64,000 nucleotides of DNA from a virus (taxonomy: Duplodnaviria; Caudoviricetes), in IMG/VR virus record IMGVR_UViG_641736147_000004, positions 1-64,000 of that record. One strand, given 5' to 3'. The translations under genes and the position numbers were made by a program. Every line of letters begins with the position of its first letter. Within the stretch, counting starts at the first letter, position 1. Below the pieces are notes generated by a model. The model worked only from the letters and a program-made list of their open reading frames with translations, was not told the DNA's origin and ran no database searches. This document shows, in pieces, positions 1 through 10,400 of the stretch.

Positions 1-40
1 AGGTATGCAAAATCAAACAAATATAAAATAATAAGGGGGA

Positions 41-691
41 ATGAATGTGGTAGAAGAACAACAATTAAATAAGGATTTGAAAAATGTGAAGGAAAAGTTT
101 ATTAAAGCATTGGTAAGAACACTTAATGAAGAAAATGAGAACAGAGTATATGACGGGAAAAAACCTTTGGATGTATGTTTTATGGTATCCATCATTGACA
201 AACAATTACATCAATATAAAGATTTTCTTGAAGATTTGTCTAACGGTTATACATTTAATGGATATGAAGAAGATGAAAGTGGATATTCTAACGGCAAAAT
301 TAGTTTATTCATTGAAAAACATATAGAAGACAAAGAAAGTGATCTATGGGCTAGTACATATAAACAAGATTATTGGTATAGTATAGAATTCAAATATGAC
401 ACAAAAGATTGGGGCTACTGTCAATGTGAACCAAATGATAAAGGATATAACGAGGAACATGATTGTTGTGGCGAGACATGTGATTGGGATGCACCATCAT
501 TTGCAATAACTAAAGAATATGATTTAGGGACATGCTCATGGGACGGATTTCAAAGAGACTATTGGGAATATGAAAAAATGTTTAAATCAAAAGAAGAGAA
601 TAAAAATAAAAGGGTTGAAGATGAAATTAAAGAAAGACGTAAACAAGAAATAAAAATTCAAATAGAAATGTTGAGTAAACAATTACTATAA
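41..691 (+). CDS. Hypothetical phage protein, acidic with Cys-rich patch
   Basis: 216-aa ORF with AGGGGG RBS. Confidence 0.7.
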   Translation: MNVVEEQQLNKDLKNVKEKFIKALVRTLNEENENRVYDGKKPLDVCFMVSIIDKQLHQYKDFLEDLSNGYTFNGYEEDESGYSNGKISLFIEKHIEDKESDLWASTYKQDYWYSIEFKYDTKDWGYCQCEPNDKGYNEEHDCCGETCDWDAPSFAITKEYDLGTCSWDGFQRDYWEYEKMFKSKEENKNKRVEDEIKERRKQEIKIQIEMLSKQLL

Positions 692-1100
692 TTGTAAAGT
701 TAATACAGATATTTAAAAATAAATTAAAATAAAATATCAATAAAGGCAATGTTTTATTTAAAGGGGATGATGAAAGTAAATAACAATATTAATGTAACTA
801 GACTCATAACTTACTATAATACTAACTGTAAGCATTATTGGATTAAAACAAGAGTTGGATTATTAAAAAATAAAAATAAAATCATTAAGAATTAATTAAG
901 GAGGGGGAAGCAATGAAAATATTAAGGATTTTATTAAATCTAATAAAGAAACCTGACACAATATCAATTAATGAATTATTGTACATATAGAGGACAATAA
1001 AATGCTGATTTTATTAGGTTAAACAACTAAAAAGAATTAATTAAAATACAAAAAATAAAGTGAGTTTAAAATGTATAATAAAAGTTAAGGAGCAGAATTT

Positions 1101-1891
1101 ATGAAAAATGAAGATGTAAAAATAGGAATGAAAGTAGTACCGTTTCAAAAGACAGTAAAAGGATATGACGGTTTAAGTACTAGCGTGGCATGGTATAGAG
1201 CCAAGGAAAAACATCAGCCATTTTTATACGTAGCTAAAAAAGACGGTGATGGCATATTTATTCTTTATGATGATGTAAATTATGTAGATTTAGGATGTGA
1301 TTACTTTAATGCTTGTGATTTCCAGCCTTATATAGAAAAAAACCTATAACCAGAAATATTGAACATATTGTCACAGCTAATAAAACAATAGTAATAATTC
1401 ATAATGAAGATGGTACATACTCAAAAGGTGAATTAAGGTGTAATCCACAAGACAAATTTGATGAACAAGAAGGATTTAGGATAGCATATTGTAGAGCTAT
1501 AGGAAAAGAACCATTTGAGAAGTGTGTGGAAGTAACCCACAAAGATAAACATAGAAGTAACGAGTTGTGGAGAAAATTCTTAGAAGGTAAAATATCTATC
1601 ACTTGTGATAATGAACAATATAATAATTATTTCTTGAATTGTTGTAGTCAACAACGTATAACATGGAGAGATGGTGTTGAAGCAAAGAGAAGAAATTCTT
1701 GGACAATCACTAAGTATAACCCATATTATTTCATGGATGGTGGCAGATTGACAGTTTCCCATTGCAAATCTCATCCATCGGAAGTAATTGTAAACTATCG
1801 AGAAATTTTTGATAATACAATTAATGCGTTATCACAATTCACTAATGAAGAATTATTGGAAGAATTAAAGACAAGAATGGAACAACAATAA
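1101..1891 (+). pseudogene. Hypothetical phage protein split by a frameshift in an A7 run (~1336-1342)
   Basis: The frame of ORF 1526-1891 stays open upstream to the A-run (PITRNIEHIV...KGELRCNPQDKFD), where ORF 1101-1349 ends. Confidence 0.6.
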
Positions 1892-1953
1892 ATTTAACTG
1901 TTATAAACAAAAATTAAAAATAATAAATAAATTAAAAACAAGGAGGATTCACA

Positions 1954-2220
1954 ATGTCAAAACAAGTTATAAGTTTTTTACTTCAAATAGTGGGGGTATC
2001 AACATTACTAATGGGATATTTTCCACAGATAATACAATTATACAAAACTAAAAAGTCAGAGGATATATCATTATCATTTTGGGTTATTTTAACCACTGGA
2101 TTATTTTGTATAGCATTTAATATGTTAATACATCATGTACCAACTTTTATAATGGTAACTCAATTTTTAAATGCCATTATTGCTTTATGGGTATTAGTTT
2201 TAGTTAAGAAATATAAATAA
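1954..2220 (+). CDS. PQ-loop / SemiSWEET-family small transporter
   Basis: 88 aa, three hydrophobic segments, YFPQIIQLYKTKKSEDISL PQ-loop motif. Confidence 0.85.
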   Translation: MSKQVISFLLQIVGVSTLLMGYFPQIIQLYKTKKSEDISLSFWVILTTGLFCIAFNMLIHHVPTFIMVTQFLNAIIALWVLVLVKKYK

Positions 2221-2276
2221 GAAACAAACAATACAATCAAATTAAAACATAAATAATTAAACGGAGGTTACATATT

Positions 2277-2942
2277 ATGAAAAAACAAAAAATTTATATC
2301 GCAGGTTCACTATTTACAGATAAACAAATAAAGCAAAGAATAGAGGAAGAGAATATGTTGAAACAAGAATTAGGAGAAGACAATATAGATATTTATAATC
2401 CAATCACAAATGATGAAATTAATGATAAAACTAAACAGCCTACATCTCAAGATATATTTTTACAAGATACTAACAAAGTGTTAGAAAGTAACATTGTAAC
2501 TGCTGATTTAGATGATTTAGACATGGGTGTAGCGATGGAGTTAGGGATAGCCTATGGTGTCAATACAATCATAGACTACTTAGAAGAAAAATTACAACAA
2601 ACTATAGATAATGTGGATATGGAACAAAACAGAACTTTAACAACCGTATTGGATATGTTAACAAAAACATTCCCATACAAAACCGTGTATGCAACCTGTT
2701 CCGATATAAGACAAGATGGGCAAAATGAACAAGGTAAATATAAATCATGGGGACAAAATCAATATGTTGTAGGTGGGGTTGAAGCAATGGGAGAAGTGTA
2801 TAGACACTTCAATGAAGCTGTCAGAGATATGAAAGCATTACATATCGGATATATTCCTCGAATTATTAATCTAATGAGAGAAAGTGGTGAAACTATAGGC
2901 ACAGCCCTAAGAGATTGTGGAAATAATATAATGCATAAATAA
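2277..2942 (+). CDS. Nucleoside 2-deoxyribosyltransferase family protein
   Basis: KIYIAGSLF, DIYNP, IFLQD, DMGVAMELGIAYG motifs. Confidence 0.8.
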   Translation: MKKQKIYIAGSLFTDKQIKQRIEEENMLKQELGEDNIDIYNPITNDEINDKTKQPTSQDIFLQDTNKVLESNIVTADLDDLDMGVAMELGIAYGVNTIIDYLEEKLQQTIDNVDMEQNRTLTTVLDMLTKTFPYKTVYATCSDIRQDGQNEQGKYKSWGQNQYVVGGVEAMGEVYRHFNEAVRDMKALHIGYIPRIINLMRESGETIGTALRDCGNNIMHK

Positions 2943-3024
2943 TATTATCAACTTGCATATTAACTCTTATACAAAAGTCTTTTCTCGGTAGATTACTTAT
3001 AATAGTAAATTATAGATAACAAAT

Positions 3025-3498
3025 ATGCAAGTTGATATAAATAAAATTGTAGGAGGTAACACAATGTTTGAAACTTTTAAGAGTGGAAATATTAGAAAAC
3101 AGCTAGAATTATTATCATATTATACCTGTGAACTTGAACATAAAGTATATCAAACTAAAACAATCGAAGATTTTATTCCAAATATTCAACAAAGTAAATG
3201 TAAAAAGCATACGTACATTATACAACTTGATAATATACAGTATCAATATTATAGTAGTATTTATTCGTTATTGCTTGATATAGATATTCACGTTGATAAC
3301 ATTCCAATTTACACTAGTAACTATGGCGATTATGGTACATGGTTACATAAGACACCAAAAGCTATGTTAGCTAAAATTAAAGAACATAGTAAAATATTTA
3401 AGCAATACAATAAAAATATTAAAGAGTATCTTAAAAATAATAGTGATTATATTATAGAGCAACAAAAGCTTAATGCAATATTTAGTAAATCAAAATAG
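3025..3498 (+). CDS. Hypothetical protein (likely start 3064)
   Basis: ORF; AGGAGGT RBS precedes the ATG at 3064. Confidence 0.6.
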   Translation: MQVDINKIVGGNTMFETFKSGNIRKQLELLSYYTCELEHKVYQTKTIEDFIPNIQQSKCKKHTYIIQLDNIQYQYYSSIYSLLLDIDIHVDNIPIYTSNYGDYGTWLHKTPKAMLAKIKEHSKIFKQYNKNIKEYLKNNSDYIIEQQKLNAIFSKSK

Positions 3499-3510
3499 GA
3501 GGTAATTTAA

Positions 3511-3951
3511 TTGAAACTATCTGATTTAGAAGAACAAGAAACAATAGTTAAAATAAGCAATAAAAATTCAGATTGGTATGGATTATATGGAATTGTAGAC
3601 TTTATAGATAGTGATTGTGCATACATATTCTGTGTATCAAAACCAACATATCATTATAAGATTACTATAGATAATATAAACGACATTGAGATAGTGAATT
3701 TTAATACATATACAACGCAATCGAAGGAAATTAAAATTATAGATTTACCACATTATCAAATAGATAATATAAAACAGTTGGAAGTAGGTAATATGGTTGG
3801 TATTATTGCCAATAATGAATGGAACAATAATATAGGATTAATTAGTTTTATAGGAGATGATGTAGCCTATATTCGTTGTTGCAATAAACAATATTCTTAT
3901 AAGGTTAGAAATGATAATTTAAATGATATTATTTTATTAAAAGATAGATAA
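3511..3951 (+). CDS. Hypothetical protein with an internally duplicated small beta domain
   Basis: GIVDFIDSDCAYIFC / GLISFIGDDVAYIRC repeat; GGAGGT RBS, TTG start. Confidence 0.65.
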   Translation: MKLSDLEEQETIVKISNKNSDWYGLYGIVDFIDSDCAYIFCVSKPTYHYKITIDNINDIEIVNFNTYTTQSKEIKIIDLPHYQIDNIKQLEVGNMVGIIANNEWNNNIGLISFIGDDVAYIRCCNKQYSYKVRNDNLNDIILLKDR

Positions 3952-3967
3952 AAAGGAGAAATTAATT

Positions 3968-4135
3968 ATGATACATATTATATGTGATAAATGTAATTAT
4001 GAAGACATGGATATTATGTCTTGTGAACAAATATCTGCTAATGAAATAGACATTGTTTTTGTTTGTCCTATGTGTGGATATATGGTTGGGGAAAAGCACT
4101 ATTTATATACTAAACAAAAATTAAAAATAAATTAA
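3968..4135 (+). CDS. Small zinc-ribbon protein (55 aa, not in ORF track)
   Basis: AAGGAG RBS; CDKC...CPMC. Confidence 0.6.
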   Translation: MIHIICDKCNYEDMDIMSCEQISANEIDIVFVCPMCGYMVGEKHYLYTKQKLKIN

Positions 4136-4147
4136 AATATAGGAGGA

Positions 4148-4738
4148 ATGTTAATGGCTAAATTATATTTTACATATGGAAGTATGAATAGCGGGAAATC
4201 TTTAGACTTACTCAGGAGCAGTCATGAGTATAAGGAAAGAGGTATGGACATATTAATCTTTAAACCTAGAATGGATACGAGAGAAGGGACAGAAAAATGT
4301 ATTATTAAATCACGTGTAGGTGCTGAAGTGAATGGTATTTGGTTAGATAAGTATGATGACCCAATGTTATTGACACATCAACAAATTAAAAATGGTAGAA
4401 ATATATCAGCAGTATTCGTAGATGAAGCACAATTTTGTACTACTGCACAAATTGATAAACTAAGTGATATTGTAGATATATTGAATATACCTGTACTTAC
4501 ATATGGATTACGAACAGATTTCCGAACTCATTTATTTGAAGGAAGTAAAAGATTATTTGAATTAGCAGATGAAATAAGGGAGTGTAGAAGTATTGATTTT
4601 GATGGTAGACGTGCCACACAAAACGCTAGAGTTGTTGATGGTCATATAGTTAAACAAGGTGAACAAATACAAATAGGTGGAAATGAAAGCTATGTAGCTG
4701 TTACTAGAAAGAATTATAAATTAGATAGATTGAAATAA
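4148..4738 (+). CDS. tdk: Thymidine kinase
   Basis: GSMNSGKS P-loop, VFVDEAQF, YGLRTDF, FEGSKRL, QIGGNESY. Confidence 0.95.
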   Translation: MLMAKLYFTYGSMNSGKSLDLLRSSHEYKERGMDILIFKPRMDTREGTEKCIIKSRVGAEVNGIWLDKYDDPMLLTHQQIKNGRNISAVFVDEAQFCTTAQIDKLSDIVDILNIPVLTYGLRTDFRTHLFEGSKRLFELADEIRECRSIDFDGRRATQNARVVDGHIVKQGEQIQIGGNESYVAVTRKNYKLDRLK

Positions 4739-4837
4739 ATACATATTAAAGGAGAATTGTCTATGAATGATGAGACAACACTAAATGTACCCTTAAAATG
4801 GTAGGAAATTGACCCAATAGTAGTTGCATTAAGATTA

Positions 4838-5158
4838 GTGAATAAAACTTTCAAGGAAAATATACATGATGAATTAGAAGAAAAAATGAGTAATTATAGT
4901 GGTTACGCAAAGGCAAATCTACATTCTGATATGAAAAAACAAAAGAAACAGCAATTTCAGCTAGGCGATATTGCGTATATGATAGATGCTGATTACAATT
5001 TCTATGAGAGTGAAATATATAGAATAGATTTAATTAATGATAAGTATATTTATACTTGTGAAACAGATTTTGAAGATAATGACATAGGAGATTGGGTGCT
5101 TACTTCCGAAGTAGCAAGAGAATTACACTTAGAGGCGATGCTTGGTTCAGAAAAATAA
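4838..5158 (+). CDS. Hypothetical protein
   Basis: ORF track only. Confidence 0.5.
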   Translation: MNKTFKENIHDELEEKMSNYSGYAKANLHSDMKKQKKQQFQLGDIAYMIDADYNFYESEIYRIDLINDKYIYTCETDFEDNDIGDWVLTSEVARELHLEAMLGSEK

Positions 5159-5178
5159 AAAAATGGAGGAGATACAAC

Positions 5179-5457
5179 ATGGTATTAGAAGTTGATGATT
5201 ATAAAATAATTACTGATGATAAACAATTCATAGTACAAAAGAAAAGAATAGTACAAGCGGGTAGACTTACAAAAAAAGAGAATATAGGTAAGGAGTATTG
5301 GAGTGACATTAAATACTATAGTTCACTTAATTCAGCTTTAAAGTTTATTAGAAAAACTGTCTTACTAGATAATGATGATTTAAAAGTTATTATGGATAAA
5401 TTAGAACAACTTGAACATAAGATAGATGAATTTGCCAATAAGTTGGGTGAGGAATAA
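5179..5457 (+). CDS. Small phage protein (DUF5405-like)
   Basis: GGAGG RBS before ATG 5179; DDYKIITDDKQFIV...YYSSL pattern. Confidence 0.55.
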   Translation: MVLEVDDYKIITDDKQFIVQKKRIVQAGRLTKKENIGKEYWSDIKYYSSLNSALKFIRKTVLLDNDDLKVIMDKLEQLEHKIDEFANKLGEE

Positions 5458-5459
5458 AA

Positions 5460-5852
5460 ATGAGAGATATGTTATTTAGAGGTAAAAGAATTACTAATAA
5501 TGAATGAGTTTATGGTTGGTTTTTTGTTGGTATAGAACCAACAGATAACGGTGCAACAGAGTGTAATTATAAAGAAGAGTGTACCTCACTTCCATACATT
5601 ATAGACGGAGAAGAAAACTTTCTAGTTGATGCTAAGAGTATTGGAGAATGTACAGGCATCAATGATGTGAATGGTGATAGCATATTTGAAGAAATGACAG
5701 TACATCAAAAATCAGTTGTTACTGGTAGTCCAGATATAGATATTATAGGAGAAGTCAAATTCTATGATGGTAGTTGGTGGATAGATAATGGAACAGCTGC
5801 TGTACAATTATTTAATGAGAATTGCGAAAATAAAATAATAGAGGAGAGATAA
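5460..5852 (+). pseudogene. YopX-family protein with in-frame TGA at 5505
   Basis: MRDMLFRGKRITNNE*VYG...SIGECTGINDVNGDSIFE matches the YopX pattern; the stop replaces the conserved Trp. Confidence 0.8.
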
Positions 5853-5889
5853 TGACAATAGTAGAATGTGAAAGTAGGGGATTTACCAT

Positions 5890-6147
5890 ATGAAAGAACG
5901 TATGGAATTTTGTCCTAAATGTAATCAAAATGTTCAATATACAATACGAGAAAATATTATCAAAGAATATAAAGGCATTGAAGTTAATGTAATAGAGAAT
6001 ATTGGCATTTGTAATCAATGTGGAGAGGATATTTTTATAATGGAGTTAGAAACCGATAATCTTAAAAGGTTGTATAAAAAGTATGAAGAAGTAACAGGTG
6101 TAGCAATAATATCACAATTAAAAAAGAGAAGGAGTGATAATATATGA
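5890..6147 (+). CDS. YgiT/MqsA-type zinc-finger protein without HTH
   Basis: FCPKC...ICNQCGEDIF. Confidence 0.65.
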   Translation: MKERMEFCPKCNQNVQYTIRENIIKEYKGIEVNVIENIGICNQCGEDIFIMELETDNLKRLYKKYEEVTGVAIISQLKKRRSDNI

Positions 6148-6473
6148 AATTTAAAGTAGGAGATAAAATACGATATATTTTCAAAGATAATAATTATTGA
6201 TGAAGATAATATACACTTTATCTTACAAGGTAAGCATAGGAACAGAAAGAAAGTTTATAAGGAACTTGTTAATAAATATAGTAAATTAGAGGAGAGACGT
6301 TGAGTTCAATGCAATCATAGCATACATCCTTCAGCATAATAAACAATATTAAAAATCCAAACTCATAAACCATTAAGTTATAAGGGTTTATAAAGTGCAA
6401 AAATACGATAACAGAATATCGCAACATAATTATTAAATGATTAATATATTCTATAAAATTAGGAGGAAATGGA

Positions 6474-6722
6474 ATGGATATAAAAATAAAAATAGGAGAT
6501 AGATATTTTAAAGACTTTGAAATGGAAGATGATAATGGTATTTATACTGGAAATACTCAAAACGCATATGGACATGAAGCTACAGGAATTATTTTGACAG
6601 ATAAGATAGATGCCACTATTTTATCTTCTAGAGGTGTGGATAGTAAAATTAAACAAATAATAGATCTAATGAGATTCGGAGATATAAAAAAGAAAAATAT
6701 AATAATAGAGGTGGAAAATTAA
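6474..6722 (+). CDS. Hypothetical protein
   Basis: AGGAGG RBS. Confidence 0.6.
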   Translation: MDIKIKIGDRYFKDFEMEDDNGIYTGNTQNAYGHEATGIILTDKIDATILSSRGVDSKIKQIIDLMRFGDIKKKNIIIEVEN

Positions 6723-6904
6723 TGGATAGAACTGAATTATTTGATAGTATTGCAAAAAGTTGTGTTGACACAGCAATAAAAAATGAACTAAGAGATTTTG
6801 GTTTTTTCGAGACAAGATTACAAGGAGGAGAATTTTGGACTTTAACTTGTAGTATAAATAGGGCGAAAGAAATAGTTAAAAGGTTTAAAGAATATGACAA
6901 ATAA
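6722..6904 (+). CDS. Hypothetical protein
   Basis: TAATG coupling to the upstream ORF, GAGGTG RBS. Confidence 0.55.
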   Translation: MDRTELFDSIAKSCVDTAIKNELRDFGFFETRLQGGEFWTLTCSINRAKEIVKRFKEYDK

Positions 6905-7215
6905 ATTGATAAAAATAAGAGAGTGATTAAACTTATATAGACGATAAAAGAATACTTTTATCAATGTCAAATATAAATTAAAAATATCATCAGGGAGGAA
7001 ATTTAATGTTATTAAATCAATTAGGATGAATTAGAGAAATTACACAAGAAATAAAAAAGATATCATTAAGTATTAATAACAGTATAGAGTCAGATTCTAC
7101 AGGTACAACACGCACTATTGAAATATGTAGGCTATTAGGCAAAAGAGATGGATTAGAAAGAGCGTTAGAAATAATAAATGGTACTGAGTTATGATTTAGA
7201 CAAGGAGATGATTAA

Positions 7216-7425
7216 ATGCGGAAATTATTTAAAGATATACAACGTTTCATATATTTAAATAGAATACTTAGTTCACATATTAAATTTGTATCAACTATTT
7301 CTAAAATAAGTAATGATGATAAATTCTCGTTAGATGTTAAACAACAAATATTGCAAAATAGTGTTAATATATCAAATCAATTATTATCACTTTATGAATC
7401 AATAAAAAACAATTACAAACATTAA
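7216..7425 (+). CDS. Hypothetical protein
   Basis: AAGGAG RBS. Confidence 0.55.
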   Translation: MRKLFKDIQRFIYLNRILSSHIKFVSTISKISNDDKFSLDVKQQILQNSVNISNQLLSLYESIKNNYKH

Positions 7426-7470
7426 TTAAAAATAAAATCGGTGTATAAAATTTAGGAGAGGAATGATTTA

Positions 7471-10400
7471 ATGGCAGATTTAAAACGACTTAAAGGTTCA
7501 GAAAGAGTAAGAAAAAGAGTATCTGTTATGATGGGTTCAGACGATATTCGAGGTTGTCAACATACGTTATTTGAAATAGTAAGTAATAGTATTGATAGAC
7601 ACCGTAAAGGATTTGGAAATTATATAAAAGTAATTAAACATGAGGATTTGAGTTATACAATAATCGACCATGCAGATGGATTACCTATGGATTGGAACGA
7701 TAAAGAAAATGCTTATAATTGGGACTTAGCTTTAAAGGTTCTATATGCAGGAGACAACTACGATGCAAATTCTACTGCATTAGGAATAAACGGTTTAGGT
7801 TTATGTAGTTCCCAATATGCTTCTGAATATATGGAAGTAGTATCTTACAAAGATGATAAAAAATATACTGTTAAATGTAAAAAAGGTAGACCAATTGATA
7901 AAAATACAGGAGAATTTATTTGTGAAGATGATGATACTTTATTTGCTAGAGAACAAGGTCAAAGAGTATTATTAGTAGAATCGAATTCAGAAAATAAAAC
8001 AGGTACATATATACATTACAAACCTGACTTAGAAGTATTCACGAATATAGATATATCAATAGATTGGATTAATGACAAATTAGATAAACAAGCTATGGTA
8101 AACAAAGAATTAAAAATAGAAGTATATGATGAAAAGGAAGATAAATTATATACTCATTATTACGAAAGTGGGATCAAGGATTATATTAAGACTATTTCAG
8201 ATGATAATAACTTTAGTGATGTTATTTATTTTACTGAGAAAGGAAAAGGGAGAGATAAGGTAGATAAACCAGAATATGATTATAACTATGAAATCGCTTT
8301 AGTGTTCAATAATGAAATCAATAAATTAGAATATTATCATAACAGTTCAGAGTTATTACAAGGTGGTTCAACTGCTGATGCTATTAATTTAGCTTTTACA
8401 TATGCAATAAATGAATATGCTAAAGATAATAATTTATTTAACAAGAACGAAAGTAAAATTAAATTTACGGATATTCAGGATAGTTTAATATGTGTAATTT
8501 CTAGTTTTTCAACTATGACAAGTTATGCAAATCAAACAAAATTAAGTATAGATAATAAGTTTATTAAAGATTTTACTAATCAGTCATTAAAAGAAAAGCT
8601 AAAATTATATTTCATAGAAAACAAACTTGAAGCTGGTAGAATTGTTAATCAAATATTAATTAATAAACGTGCCAATGATAAAGCTGAAAAAACAAAATTG
8701 AATATAAAAAAGACATTACAAACAAAATCAAATTTTGATGATACGGATAATTTTTATGCTTGTACTTCAAATGATAAGAGTATCACAGAATTATACTTAG
8801 CAGAGGGATCGTCAGCTCAAGGTAGTATAGTCATGGGGAGAAATTCCAAGTTTCAGGCGTGTTATCATGTAGGTGGTAAAATGCTATCGTTGTTAAAAGC
8901 CGATTTTGAAAAAATATTTAAAAATAAAGTAGTTAGAGAATTATTTCAATACTTGGGCTGTGGTATAGAAATAAAATCCAAACATAATAAGGATTTAAAC
9001 ACCTTTGATGAAAACAATTTAAATTATAGTAAAATTATATTAGCTACAGACCAAGATACAGATGCTTTTCAAATTCGTTGTTTAATGTTAACAGCCATAT
9101 ATAGATTAGCACCAACATTAATTAAACATGGATATGTTTATATTGCAGAATCGCCATTGTATGAAATTACTACTGCTGATAAAGTATATCATGCATACAC
9201 TGAAGAAGAAAAAATTACCATATTGGAAGAATTGAGTAAAAAGGGTATTAAATATGATAAACCGGAAAGAAACAAGGGATTAGGTGAAGTTGACAGTGAT
9301 ATTATTGCTGAAACAATGATGAACCCTAAGACTAGAAAAATTACAAGGGTGACAGTACAAGATGTTGAAAAAATGGCTAATACATTTGAACTATGGTTAG
9401 GTGATGAAGTAAAACCTAGGAAAGAAGTAATTACATCTAATTTCGATTACATAGAACACTTTGATAATGAACAAGAAAAAGACATAGTAAAAGTATTAAA
9501 TGAAAATTATTTACCTTATGCTATTGAAGTTATTAAAGAAAGAGCTATTATTTCAATAGATGGTTTTAAACCTGCACATAGAAAACTGTTGTGGACATTA
9601 CATGAAAGTAATTTATACAATAAAAGAACTAAATCAGCTCATATAGTGGGTTCAAATATGTCTTTAAATGTACATGGAGATGGTAGTATTTATGAAACCT
9701 TAGTTAGAATGGCGCAGAAGGATACTTTATTATATCCGTATGTTAATGGCAAGGGGAACTTTGGTCAACATACTTCTAAGTCGTTACAAAATGCACATAT
9801 GAGATATACAGAAGCAGGAGCGAGTAATATTAACAAAGAGTTTTTTCATGGTATTAATAAAAACGCTGTGGATTTTGTACCTAATTTTGACGGAGAGAAA
9901 GAAGAACCTATTCTTTTACCAACAACATTCCCTAACGTATTAGTTAATGCAAATAAAGGCATTGCAGTTGGTATGGCTTCAGCTACTCCTAGTTTTAATC
10001 TTAAAGAAGTTTGTGATTTAACTATTGCATATATTAAAGATACAAATATTGTAGTATCTGATTATTTATTATGTCCTGATTTTGCCACTGGAGGATTTAT
10101 TGTTAGAGATGTTGATAAACTAAATCAAATATATGAAACGGGACAAGGTAGCGTTACCTTACGTGCAAAATATGAAGTGAAAGATAATGAGATTATTGTA
10201 ACAGAAATACCATATACAACTAATAGAGAATCAATAGTTAAAGATATAAAGACTCTATGCAGAGAAAGTAAAGATAATATTATTAGAAATATTACTAATG
10301 TTATTGATAGTACGGATAGAAAAGGGATGTCTATTACAATTAAAATTAAGAAAAACACAAATATAGAATTATTAATGGAAAAATTATATGCAAATACCAA

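Noticed and set aside
5505-5507. TGA-to-Trp recoding
   Set aside because: Single case; Trp is TGG elsewhere and TGA terminates other genes (e.g. 32623), so a nonsense mutation is simpler.
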